Source of the DNA: Ignavibacteriota bacterium
GTDB taxonomy: Bacteria > Bacteroidota > Ignavibacteria > UBA10030 > UBA6906
Length of the DNA stretch: 64,000 nt
Direction of reading: 5' to 3'
Assembly (NCBI GenBank): GCA_963801355.1
Contig: CAWDEM010000008.1
Location: 1,792,001 to 1,856,000 of the forward strand
A program made the translations under genes and the position numbers. Positions 34,510 to 43,814 of the stretch are shown here, piece after piece. Under the pieces are notes generated by a model. That model made no database searches and was not told the DNA's origin. It saw only the letters and a program-made list of their open reading frames with translations. Position 1 is the stretch's first letter, and the number at the start of each line of letters is the position of its first letter.

Positions 34510-34771
34510 TTTTCATCCTGCAGTTGCACTGTGATTTTCTTTCCATGATAGATCACTGCCTTATCGTACTTCGTAGCGCCACGCATTTCAATCCCTTGCC
34601 CCGGGCAACCTGCACGATGTTGAACGTGCGCTCCGCGAGCATGCCGGGGAAGGAGCCCTTCCGGTCGCCTACGGTTAGTGTCTTTCTCGCGTTATCCAAC
34701 GTGAACGTTATCGTCCGATGCCTTTCATATCGTACTGGCGTCCTGGAAGAGCAACCATGGAATGGGCATTT

Positions 34772-36586
34772 TTATTGGGGATTATGTATCCTCAGGAGCG
34801 CGGTGCCATGGTTCCTCACTCTCACGGATATTTCACTCCCCACCAGTCCCAGGTTCTTCTTCCCCCACAGGTCGCGGACAGTCCAGGTGCTTTTCACACC
34901 GAGCTGTTCTGGCTTCAGCGATATTGTGGCTGAATTCTCCGGCGCAGAGCCGGTGGGATATTCGGTAAATACGTGGAATCTGACCGTTGCGCCTTCGGTG
35001 TGGCTCACGCATTCCTTGTCGAGTCCTACGATCGAGGAAAATATGTCGTACCCCTCCGGGACGTCATACTCGATGATGGAAGTTGCATGCGTGCCGATCC
35101 CCTCCGCGTATTCTCTATCATTAACAATCAACGGGTTACCCTGGACACTCTGGTTCGCTTTTGCAATGCTCCATCCCGATGTCGCGGAGACCCATTTCGT
35201 GCCGGCAAGGCGCAGCGTACCTCTTTCCCCGGTGAGCCTCGGCTCAATCCAGTCGGCGTGATCCCATTCTTTGTTGTCTTCGCCGGGTGTGACGACCAGG
35301 TACAGTTTTTGCGCTCCGCCGATGCTCACCCGGACTGTGTCACTCTGTTCTCCGTTCCTGTACGTGAGAAGCCTGCTGTTCCACCGTGCCTTCTCCACAG
35401 CAATCGGTTTTCGGTCGACATAAAAAGCGGCCACGTACTTGTCGCTGGACTCCGCGTCATCGGCGATCCATGCCAGCCGCTCTCCGTCATCAAAGAGCAA
35501 TCTGTTGTTCCTGCTTCGCTGGAGGACCGCAAGCACTTCCCTGTTCGTGATCAAATCCAACGTAAACTGATCATTGTCGGGAAGATTTCCGCCGAACATC
35601 AGCGGCGACCGGCATATGACAAAGAGAGACATCAGCGTTGTCTGCTCATCTCTCGTGAAGTCGGCCATTCGCGGGTCCCCCTGTTCCGCGCGTATTCCAA
35701 TCTTCCCCAGGGGGAGCATATCACCGTCGGGCCAGTGGCCCGGACGCAAGGACGGAACCCATTTCTCGAAAAGCGAAAAATGCTCTTCCAGTTGCGTCCA
35801 ATTATCCCAGAAGTCCCCAATGATGCGCCACATGTTGGCGTGGGTGCTGACATGGACGGCCTCCTCCAGCGGCGTTGGACCCGGCGACAAGCTCAGGACA
35901 ATCGGTCGTCCGCACAGATCGATCGCTTTGCGTATCATCGCGATTTCGTCGCCATGATATGGCGCGGAGATATCGTCCACTTTCACAAAGTCAACCCCCC
36001 ATGCCGCATACAACTTGAACAGGGAATTGTAGTACTCCTGTGCGCCGGCCTTGCTCGCATCCACCGTGTACATATCTCGAAGCCAGGGGGATGCGTTCAT
36101 TGTGCTATAGATATCTCCGGCAGTCAGTTTGGTCCCGAGAACGGGAGCGTGTCGTTCCACCGCCAGCCTGGCCACGCCGCGCATGATATGGATGCCGAAC
36201 TTCAGTCCCAGGCCATGGACATAATCCGAAAGCGGCCTGAATCCTTTTCCTCCCGCGGATGAAGGAAATCGGTTGACGGCCGGAATGAGCCTGCCATATT
36301 CGTCGATATTCATGACAGGATCCTTCTCGTTATAGCCATGCGCCTTGTCATTTTCCACATACCAGCGTATGTCAACCACGATGTACTGCCATCCGAACGC
36401 TTTCAGATGCGCTGCCATATATTCCGCATTTGCCCTGACCTCCTGTTCAGTAACGGTAGAACCGTAACAGTCCCAACTGTTCCATCCCATCGGGGGCGTC
36501 GGCGCCCAACGTCCGAAGTCCTGGGCATGAAGACCTGGAGAACAGATAGACAGCAGTGCACAAAGAAGGAGCCTGTTCACGGTCAT
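34772..36586 (-). CDS. GH27 alpha-galactosidase/beta-L-arabinopyranosidase with NPCBM domain
   Basis: 'TPPMGWNSW', 'VVDIRW', 'WGVDFVKVD', 'WRI.GD', 'WPDGDML'. NPCBM 'GIGTHA.S.I.Y'. Confidence 0.92.
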   Translation of the reverse strand: MTVNRLLLCALLSICSPGLHAQDFGRWAPTPPMGWNSWDCYGSTVTEQEVRANAEYMAAHLKAFGWQYIVVDIRWYVENDKAHGYNEKDPVMNIDEYGRLIPAVNRFPSSAGGKGFRPLSDYVHGLGLKFGIHIMRGVARLAVERHAPVLGTKLTAGDIYSTMNASPWLRDMYTVDASKAGAQEYYNSLFKLYAAWGVDFVKVDDISAPYHGDEIAMIRKAIDLCGRPIVLSLSPGPTPLEEAVHVSTHANMWRIIGDFWDNWTQLEEHFSLFEKWVPSLRPGHWPDGDMLPLGKIGIRAEQGDPRMADFTRDEQTTLMSLFVICRSPLMFGGNLPDNDQFTLDLITNREVLAVLQRSRNNRLLFDDGERLAWIADDAESSDKYVAAFYVDRKPIAVEKARWNSRLLTYRNGEQSDTVRVSIGGAQKLYLVVTPGEDNKEWDHADWIEPRLTGERGTLRLAGTKWVSATSGWSIAKANQSVQGNPLIVNDREYAEGIGTHATSIIEYDVPEGYDIFSSIVGLDKECVSHTEGATVRFHVFTEYPTGSAPENSATISLKPEQLGVKSTWTVRDLWGKKNLGLVGSEISVRVRNHGTALLRIHNPQ

Positions 36587-36588
36587 CC

Positions 36589-38154
36589 TCAGTTCACTTC
36601 TAGCGTTACAATGGATTTGGCAGGAAGCGACACAGTGAGAGTCCCATTCTTCATCTGCGCACCTTTGAACGGTTTGATGCTCACTTCTTCCGGCTTGCCA
36701 AAATCATTGTAGGCGTTGATCGTCGCCGCAGTGATGATCTCGCCGGACGCTTTCGAGGCAACCGTTCCCTTCAATTCGCATCTCAGGTCCTGTGCCATGG
36801 TCGGGTGGAGGTTCGCAAGCGAGATATGGATCTTGCCCGCCTTATCCTGCGATGCCGATGCGCTCAGGGCCGGTACAGAGTCCTTACCGTTGGCATACGA
36901 TGCGCACTGCAGATCAACAGGTAACAGCGTGGCATCCTGATGCACGGAGTACATCTTGAAGACATAGTACGTCGGGGTGAGCACGATTTCCTTGTCCTTC
37001 GTTAGTATCATCGACTGGAGCACATTCACCATCTGAGCGATGTTGGCCATCTTTACCCGGTCGCAATGCTTGTGAAAGATGTTCAGGTTGACGGCCGCCA
37101 CCATGGCATCGCGCAGGCTGTTTTGCTGATAGAGAAAGCCGGGATTCGTCCCCGGCTCAACGTCGAACCAGTCCCCCCACTCATCCACGATCAGGCCGAT
37201 CCTCTTTTCCGGATCATATTTATCCATGATCGCCGAATGTCTGGTCACCAGTTCGTCCATCTTCAGAGTGGCGGTAAGAGTGGCGAACCAATCCTTGTCC
37301 GTAAAATTCGTTGCGGATCCTTTCTTGTTCCAGTCCGGCACCGTATAATAGTGCAGGGAGTATCCCCCCAGATATCCCTGAAGCCATCCATCCGCGCTCT
37401 TCCATTTTTTCATGATGGTGTCGGTCCAGCCGTAGTCCTCCTGAAGCCCGCCGGAGGCGATCTTGTAGAGCGTATTGCCTCCGAAGTTCTTGAGAAACCA
37501 GGAGTAGCGGGCCAGCTCATTGGCATAGAAATCCGCCGTCATGATCCCGCCGCATCCCCATACCTCGTTTCCCACTCCCCAGAACTTGACCTTCCAGGGC
37601 TTCTCCCGGCCATTCTTCTTACGGAGTTCATTCATGGGAGTATTGCCGTCGGATGTGAGATACTGCACCCAGTCGGACATCTCCTTCACGGTGCCGCTTC
37701 CGATGTTTCCGCAAATGACCGGCTCGCATCCCAGCTGTTCGCACAGGTCCATGAACTCGTGCGTGCCAAAGCTGTTGTCTTCCGTCACTCCTCCCCAATT
37801 CGTGTTCACCATCTTTGGTCGCTCGCTCCTTGGGCCAATACCATCCCGCCAATGATATTCGTCCGCGAAGCAGCCACCAGGCCACCGCACTGCGGCCACC
37901 TTGATGTTTTTGAGGGCAGCAACGACGTCGTTGCGGATACCACGGGTGTTGGGAATGGAGCTGTTCTCTCCCACCCAAACACCTCCATAGATGCCGTGCC
38001 CAAGGTGTTCCGCAAATTGCCCGTAGATAAATCTGCTGATGGTGTCTTTCGTGGCATCGGCATGCACCACGAGCGTGTTCACGGCTGATTGTGCAGACAG
38101 AGCAACCGGAATGCACAGCAGCGTGACGATGAACAGATAGTGTTTTCTGGTCAT
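36589..38154 (-). CDS. GH51 alpha-L-arabinofuranosidase (second copy)
   Basis: 'YGQFAEHLG', 'RWPGGCFAD', 'GVGNE', 'VDEWG', 'MANIAQ'. ATG at 38154 with AGGAG RBS. Confidence 0.95.
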   Translation of the reverse strand: MTRKHYLFIVTLLCIPVALSAQSAVNTLVVHADATKDTISRFIYGQFAEHLGHGIYGGVWVGENSSIPNTRGIRNDVVAALKNIKVAAVRWPGGCFADEYHWRDGIGPRSERPKMVNTNWGGVTEDNSFGTHEFMDLCEQLGCEPVICGNIGSGTVKEMSDWVQYLTSDGNTPMNELRKKNGREKPWKVKFWGVGNEVWGCGGIMTADFYANELARYSWFLKNFGGNTLYKIASGGLQEDYGWTDTIMKKWKSADGWLQGYLGGYSLHYYTVPDWNKKGSATNFTDKDWFATLTATLKMDELVTRHSAIMDKYDPEKRIGLIVDEWGDWFDVEPGTNPGFLYQQNSLRDAMVAAVNLNIFHKHCDRVKMANIAQMVNVLQSMILTKDKEIVLTPTYYVFKMYSVHQDATLLPVDLQCASYANGKDSVPALSASASQDKAGKIHISLANLHPTMAQDLRCELKGTVASKASGEIITAATINAYNDFGKPEEVSIKPFKGAQMKNGTLTVSLPAKSIVTLEVN

Positions 38155-38278
38155 AGGTATCACTCCTGAGAAGAGTAATTGACAACTAGATAGTCACGGT
38201 TATGGATCTACAATTTCTGCCACTGGCAATGTTTTTATTCAGGGCTGTTGGCCAGGACCTATCATCCCCCAAGGAGAG

Positions 38279-38306
38279 ATCCCGACCAACAGCGTGTCGG
38301 GATGAC
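38279..38306 (-). repeat. REP-like hairpin
   Basis: Minus strand GTCATCCCGAC-acgctgttg-GTCGGGAT just after the DUF362 stop. The same TGTCATCCCG occurs at ~53614-53623. Confidence 0.45.
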
Positions 38307-38314
38307 AATAAGCG

Positions 38315-39829
38315 TCACTTTTGATACAGCAGCTTTATCGTTTGCGAGAAACCCCTCGCCGTCATCCGGCACAGGTAGACGCCGCTGGCCAGTCCTTCTG
38401 CGCTCCACTGCAGCCGGTGCTCGCCCGGGGGAACCTCGCCCTCGACCAGAGTCTCGATCGCCCGGCCTGTGATGTCATATATCGTCACCGTCACTTGCTC
38501 GTTTCGCGGTGAATAGAACACGATCATGGTTGATGGATTGAACGGGTTCGGGAAATTCGCGCATAACTGTAACTCCGACGGCTGTGTTGCCGTGAGATTT
38601 TCCTTCACCGCTGTCACCAGGCCCGCTCCATCGCCGACCAGCTGAATCTCACTGAGTTGATTCGTGCCGGCGCCCTTTCCATTGAGAAGGTAAAGGTGGT
38701 TGTCGGTTATCGACGATGTCACGCCGCCGTTTGTCAGGGGCGCAGGAAGGGGTAGCGACGCTGCCGCGGGATCCAGTCCCATGATCTTGGCGCCGATGCT
38801 GTCTGTGGCAACGGGATCGAGTCCTGCAAACAGTGCGTGCATGGTACGTGATTGATAATTTGTGCACCAGACCCCCTCCCCACCCGTCGAGTTCTTGATT
38901 CCGTCAATAACAGACAGGTGGACCGGGCGGGCAGCGTTCAGATCACAAACACTCTCGGGGAGGTAGTTCCACTCCGCCGCAGTGTTTGTCGGATGGTGAA
39001 TCGCTCCTCTGCGGCCGCTGTCGCTTGTGATCGTATACAACGACATTGGGACTATCCCGACCTGATTCTTGAGCGCCCCCGTGTAGCCGGCCGCGGAATG
39101 GTGCTTCAACTTCGGAATCGAGACATAGACATCCACTGCCTGCAGCACCTTATTTGTCGTGAACGAGGGGAAGTTGAAGTGGCTGCTCCCGGTGGACACC
39201 GTTTCGATGTTTGCGGCTGTGGTGTCGTTGAGGTCGACCACGTTGCAGCCCAATGCCTGCTGCACTGCCCGGTAGCCGAATTTGTCGTTGGAGCCGAACG
39301 GGGCTGTTGATCCAGGGTTCTTCCACGTCGCATCCCAGAGGGCCTCTACGATGTAGAGATCGGCGGGACTGACGCCGGCATCAATGATGTACTGACCGAC
39401 GGCCTGGAGGACCGCCGGGTGCGTCCACATCGCCTCGGTAATGGTGTAGCCGGCGAGCCTTGGATTGGATGCACTGCCCGAACCGCCCGTCAGATTGATC
39501 TTGATCGCGACCTTCTTGCCCGGGCCGAAAAGGGCAGAAACCGAACCGGATTGACTCTGATCAAGCAAATCAAGGAGGTATTTCACTCTCTGTTTGACCC
39601 CGCCGCCGACGTCGTCATACACGTAGGTGTCCGCCGGGGTCCCCGTTGTGTTCGTAATTGCCACGGTCGCAAGGAAAGAAGAGGCCTCCTTATGGTTATA
39701 CGCGACAAGTCCGGATGGCTTCAAGTATGGAGCAACAACTGCCCCTGCGGCCACAATACCGACTTTCTTAATGAAATTCCTTCGTGACGTATTCATGTCA
39801 TGACCGTCCTTACCGTCTCTGTTTCGCAT
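38315..39829 (-). CDS. DUF362 protein with Tat signal and T9SS C-terminal sorting domain
   Basis: 'SRRNFIK' plus hydrophobic stretch. DUF362 motifs 'VAIKIN', 'PKLKHH', 'ALKN..G', 'VIDGI', 'DPVATD'. CTD 'NFPNPFNPST...LASGVY'. AAGGAG RBS before the ATG at 39829. Confidence 0.82.
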   Translation of the reverse strand: MRNRDGKDGHDMNTSRRNFIKKVGIVAAGAVVAPYLKPSGLVAYNHKEASSFLATVAITNTTGTPADTYVYDDVGGGVKQRVKYLLDLLDQSQSGSVSALFGPGKKVAIKINLTGGSGSASNPRLAGYTITEAMWTHPAVLQAVGQYIIDAGVSPADLYIVEALWDATWKNPGSTAPFGSNDKFGYRAVQQALGCNVVDLNDTTAANIETVSTGSSHFNFPSFTTNKVLQAVDVYVSIPKLKHHSAAGYTGALKNQVGIVPMSLYTITSDSGRRGAIHHPTNTAAEWNYLPESVCDLNAARPVHLSVIDGIKNSTGGEGVWCTNYQSRTMHALFAGLDPVATDSIGAKIMGLDPAAASLPLPAPLTNGGVTSSITDNHLYLLNGKGAGTNQLSEIQLVGDGAGLVTAVKENLTATQPSELQLCANFPNPFNPSTMIVFYSPRNEQVTVTIYDITGRAIETLVEGEVPPGEHRLQWSAEGLASGVYLCRMTARGFSQTIKLLYQK

Positions 39830-39959
39830 TTGGTAATCTCCTTGTTTATAGAACCTGTTTTCTTCAACGGATGTCTTACGATGAGCTGCCAAAAAGTGCA
39901 ATCCCATTGATTAGATTGATGATTCGCTGTTCCATGAGTCCTCCATACAAAGGACCTGG

Positions 39960-41303
39960 CTATTTAAATCTCACCCAGTCTATCTCGACACTGGCATCTT
40001 CTTTCAAAAGGACAACCAGGTTTCTGGTCCCCGGTTGACACGCGGATAGCGGTGTAGAGATGGTCTTCCAATTGGAGGAAGGAGAAATCTGAATTTCCGC
40101 CATCATAGGACCATTCACATCGTCCAGCCGCAGCTGAACCTTTGCTCCTGTTTTCGAGGCTGCTCGAACTTCCGCCGTGGAGTATTTACCACCTCCGAAG
40201 TCAACGCCGTTGTATTGGATCCACGCAGTGCCGGCATCGAGTCTGACTTTCCAACCTTCAAACCTGTTGAGTGTGTCAAGGAAGTCTACGGACACTCCTT
40301 TGTCACTTTTGGAACCGTACCGGTCGATCTGAATATTGCTTGAAGCGTCTGTTACTCCAACGCCGCGTAATGTGGGGACTACCTTTCTGATTGTACCATC
40401 GTCATTGAAGAACAGCGAATCGATCCTGACCGAGCGGTTCTTGTCAAAGCTCGGGGAGAGGTCATTGTGATGGTAGAACAAATACCATTGTCCCTTGAAC
40501 TCGATGATCGACTGTTGGTTCGTCCAGCATTCAAGGGATTGATCCATAATTACTCCCGTCACCGTGAATGGGCCCATCGGGTTATCGCTCATTGCATATT
40601 CGAGTCTTTCGGTCGAATCCTGCACATGTGGATAGGTCAGGTAATATTTGCCATTTCGCTCGAACATATATGGGCCTTCCTTCAAACCTCTTTCGGGCAG
40701 ACCTTCGATGACCTGCGGCTTGCCGGCAAACTCCAGCATGTTCTCTCTCAATTTTGCCACGTAGATGTTCCTGGCTGCCCAGTACAGGTATGCCTGTCCG
40801 TCTTTGTCGATATACGGATTCGGATCGATTCCTCGAGCATTCTTGATTGGTGCCGGCTCCGGAGTAAATGGACCGTCCGGTTTATCTGCAATGGCTACTC
40901 CAATGGAGAAACCTCTTCCGAGCGTCGTATCCCTGGCTGGAGCCGGAAAATAGAAATAGTACTTGCCGTCCCTGGAAATGCAGTCCGGAGCCCATAGCGC
41001 GTATGCCCGAGGATTGACCCAGGGAATCTTGTCCTGGCTTACGATGACTCCATGGTCTGTCCAGTCTACAAGATTCTCGGAAGAGAACACATGATAGTCC
41101 CCCATGCAAAACCAGCCGACCCGGCCACGCCCCTCCGATGCGAGAATATCATGCGAAGGATAGAGGTACACTCTCTCCTCGAACACTCTTGCAGCGGGAT
41201 CTGCCGTAAACTGATCTTTGATGACCGGGTTCTGAGCCATCGTACCTGCAGTACAAGCCGCTACAACGACCATCAGCAGGGGGTAGGATCCGTAGTTCTT
41301 CAT
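39960..41303 (-). CDS. GH43 xylosidase/arabinofuranosidase with CBM6
   Basis: 'ADP' base, 'WAPD', 'IDP', 'EGP' acid. C-terminal CBM6-like 'WIQYNGVDFG...IDWVRF'. Confidence 0.92.
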   Translation of the reverse strand: MKNYGSYPLLMVVVAACTAGTMAQNPVIKDQFTADPAARVFEERVYLYPSHDILASEGRGRVGWFCMGDYHVFSSENLVDWTDHGVIVSQDKIPWVNPRAYALWAPDCISRDGKYYFYFPAPARDTTLGRGFSIGVAIADKPDGPFTPEPAPIKNARGIDPNPYIDKDGQAYLYWAARNIYVAKLRENMLEFAGKPQVIEGLPERGLKEGPYMFERNGKYYLTYPHVQDSTERLEYAMSDNPMGPFTVTGVIMDQSLECWTNQQSIIEFKGQWYLFYHHNDLSPSFDKNRSVRIDSLFFNDDGTIRKVVPTLRGVGVTDASSNIQIDRYGSKSDKGVSVDFLDTLNRFEGWKVRLDAGTAWIQYNGVDFGGGKYSTAEVRAASKTGAKVQLRLDDVNGPMMAEIQISPSSNWKTISTPLSACQPGTRNLVVLLKEDASVEIDWVRFK

Positions 41304-41320
41304 GTCGTTCTTCTTTCCAG

Positions 41321-43786
41321 TTACTCAGAAGCGACGAGTGTGTATTCTTTCCCTGCCTCCGTGCGAAGATCGTACGTAAAGCTCTCTCTCGTCTTGACCC
41401 CTCTTGACGTCGCCTTTGGAGAGATCAATGGCTTCTTGAGGTCCGGTACCTGGTAGAACGGGTTTTTGTTCTCTCCGGTGGCCCTGGCAAGCTTGAGCTT
41501 GCCTTCGACCTTCAACGGCCAGTACGAGCGAATGCGGCAATTGCCTCCTAGCTGCGAATGAACGACCAATCTCGAAATCCTTCCATCTCTCCATGCCAGC
41601 TTCGTTATTCCAAATCCGCCACGTGCGCGAAGGCCTTCAACACTTCCGTCTTTCCAAACGACGGGCAGCGAGGGGAGGAGGAAGATCGCCCCATCGTTGC
41701 TTTGCAGAAGCATTTCGGCAATGCCGGCCGTGAACCCGAAATTGCCGTCGATCTGAAAGGGAGGATGAGCATCGAACATGTTTGGGTACGTTCCGCCCTG
41801 TTCAAATTCCGGATTGTCAACGAGTTTTATCTGGTTTGTGATGAGTTTGAAGGCGTGGTCACCATCGAGAAACCGGGCCCACAGATTGATCTTCCAGTTC
41901 ATTGACCATCCCGTTGAAGGGTCACCCCGGAAGATGAGCGAGGTTCGCGCGGCGTCAAAAAGTTCAGGGGTACGGAACGGAGAAATCTGATTCGATGGAT
42001 ACACACCATACAGATGCGAAACATGACGGTGATGGTCCTGTGGATCATCCCAGTCTTCAATCCATTCCTGCAATTGGCCATGGTGGCCGATTTGCATCGG
42101 AGGAAGCTTCTTCATCGTCTCACCCACCAGCGCAACCAGCTCTTTGTCGATATCGAGAATCCTGGCTGCTTCCGCGGTCCTTGTGAAGAGATCGAACAGC
42201 AGCTGGTTATCCATGGTTGTGCCAGCTGAGATCGAGGATTCGGAATGCGAAGACGGAGAATTCTCTGGAGAAACGGATGGACAGACCACCAGCCAGTCGT
42301 GTCCCGGATATTTCACAAGGAAGCTCAGGTAGAACTCCACCGCATCCCTCATGATCGGGTACACGGATTCAAGATATTTCTTGTCACCGCTGTATTCGTA
42401 TTTTTCCCAGAGATGCTGGCAAAGCCAGGCGCCGCCCATGGGCCACATGCCCCAGAACGAACCATCAATCGGTCCGTTCATGCGCCAGAGATCCGTATTA
42501 TGGTGCAGTACCCATCCCTTTGCACCGTACATGACTTCCGCGGTCTGCTTCCCCGTTACGGAAAGCTCCCTTATCATCTGGATAAGGGGCTCATTCATTT
42601 CACTGAGATTGGTAACTTCCGAGGGCCAGTAGTTCATCTCCGTATTGATGTTCACCGTGTATTTACTGTCCCATGGTGGATACAGCTGATTATTCCACAA
42701 TCCCTGCAGTGTTGCGGGTTGCCCGCCCGGCTGGGAACACGAGATGAGAAGGTAACGGCCAAACTGGAAGTAAAGCGCTGCCAGTTGAGGGTCGTTGCCT
42801 TCGGCGAACCTGGCAATCCGAACGTCGGTAGGGTTCTTTACCGAGTCGGTGACTCCCAGATCGAGGCGAACGCGATTGAAATACTTCTGATATGCGGCAA
42901 TGTGATCACGAAGGGTCTGGCCGTACGTTTTCGTGAGGGCAGCCCGGAGATACTGATCAGCCCTGGCACCTGCATCAGCACTGATATCAGCATAATTGTT
43001 GAAGCTGGATGCGATGGAGACAAAGACGGTGACAACATTGGCGTGTGCCACTGACAGCACTGTATCGGCAGCACTCACTGATCCACCTTCAGATAGGACC
43101 TTCACCTGAGCATGAAACTGAACCTTGCCTTTCACGGAATCGCAGTCGCCCGTGACGCCCGACATGACGAGCCCGTCAAGTCCTTTCGCCGAGATGGTAA
43201 CCGCCGCCGGCCGACTCATCGTAGCGAAGAAACTAATAGAGCCCGGTTTGTCGGCAGTCATTCGAACGACCATTACCTGGTCGGGGAACGAAGCAAACGC
43301 CTCGCGGTCATAGCGTACCCCATCGGCTGTGTAGCGAGTCGTTACTACCGCTTTTTCAATGTCGAGTTCCCGATAGTAGTCGGAGTACTGTTCGTGTCCG
43401 GGAAACAAGAGTCGAAGCTCTCCGACAGTCTGGTATGGCATCCCGTGTGAGATCTTGCTGATGATCTTCTCGTTCACGAGATCCTGCGCTTCCTTGTACT
43501 TGCCATCGAAGACCAGTCTCCGGACCTCAGGCAGCGCCTGTCTGGCATCCGGATTGTCATTGCGGTTGGGTTGCCCGCCCCAGACTGTCATCTCATTCAT
43601 TTGGATTGTCTCACGGTACGGATCGCCATAGACCATCCCCCCCAATCGACCGTTTCCGATCGGCAGGGCTTCGACCCACTGGGCCGCTGGATGGGCGTAC
43701 CACAGCTTGAGGGAAGTGCTGCTCTGGGCGCCGGCATTATCCAGCATCGCTAGACTGAGCAGGGTGAACAGCACCACGCTTCTCAT
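41321..43786 (-). CDS. GH95 alpha-L-fucosidase/alpha-L-galactosidase
   Basis: 'ALPIGNGRLG', 'FGRYLLIS', 'NINTEMNYW', 'HRHVSHL', 'HPPFQIDGNFG'. ATG at 43786 with AGGAG RBS. Confidence 0.95.
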   Translation of the reverse strand: MRSVVLFTLLSLAMLDNAGAQSSTSLKLWYAHPAAQWVEALPIGNGRLGGMVYGDPYRETIQMNEMTVWGGQPNRNDNPDARQALPEVRRLVFDGKYKEAQDLVNEKIISKISHGMPYQTVGELRLLFPGHEQYSDYYRELDIEKAVVTTRYTADGVRYDREAFASFPDQVMVVRMTADKPGSISFFATMSRPAAVTISAKGLDGLVMSGVTGDCDSVKGKVQFHAQVKVLSEGGSVSAADTVLSVAHANVVTVFVSIASSFNNYADISADAGARADQYLRAALTKTYGQTLRDHIAAYQKYFNRVRLDLGVTDSVKNPTDVRIARFAEGNDPQLAALYFQFGRYLLISCSQPGGQPATLQGLWNNQLYPPWDSKYTVNINTEMNYWPSEVTNLSEMNEPLIQMIRELSVTGKQTAEVMYGAKGWVLHHNTDLWRMNGPIDGSFWGMWPMGGAWLCQHLWEKYEYSGDKKYLESVYPIMRDAVEFYLSFLVKYPGHDWLVVCPSVSPENSPSSHSESSISAGTTMDNQLLFDLFTRTAEAARILDIDKELVALVGETMKKLPPMQIGHHGQLQEWIEDWDDPQDHHRHVSHLYGVYPSNQISPFRTPELFDAARTSLIFRGDPSTGWSMNWKINLWARFLDGDHAFKLITNQIKLVDNPEFEQGGTYPNMFDAHPPFQIDGNFGFTAGIAEMLLQSNDGAIFLLPSLPVVWKDGSVEGLRARGGFGITKLAWRDGRISRLVVHSQLGGNCRIRSYWPLKVEGKLKLARATGENKNPFYQVPDLKKPLISPKATSRGVKTRESFTYDLRTEAGKEYTLVASE

Positions 43787-43814
43787 GATTGCTCCTACCA
43801 GCATTGTCTCAGAT

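Noticed and set aside
34630-34641. 12-nt match GCTCCGCGAGCA to the att fragment as a second att site
   Set aside because: Too short and GC-rich to exceed chance, and it lacks the T-loop and CCA parts.
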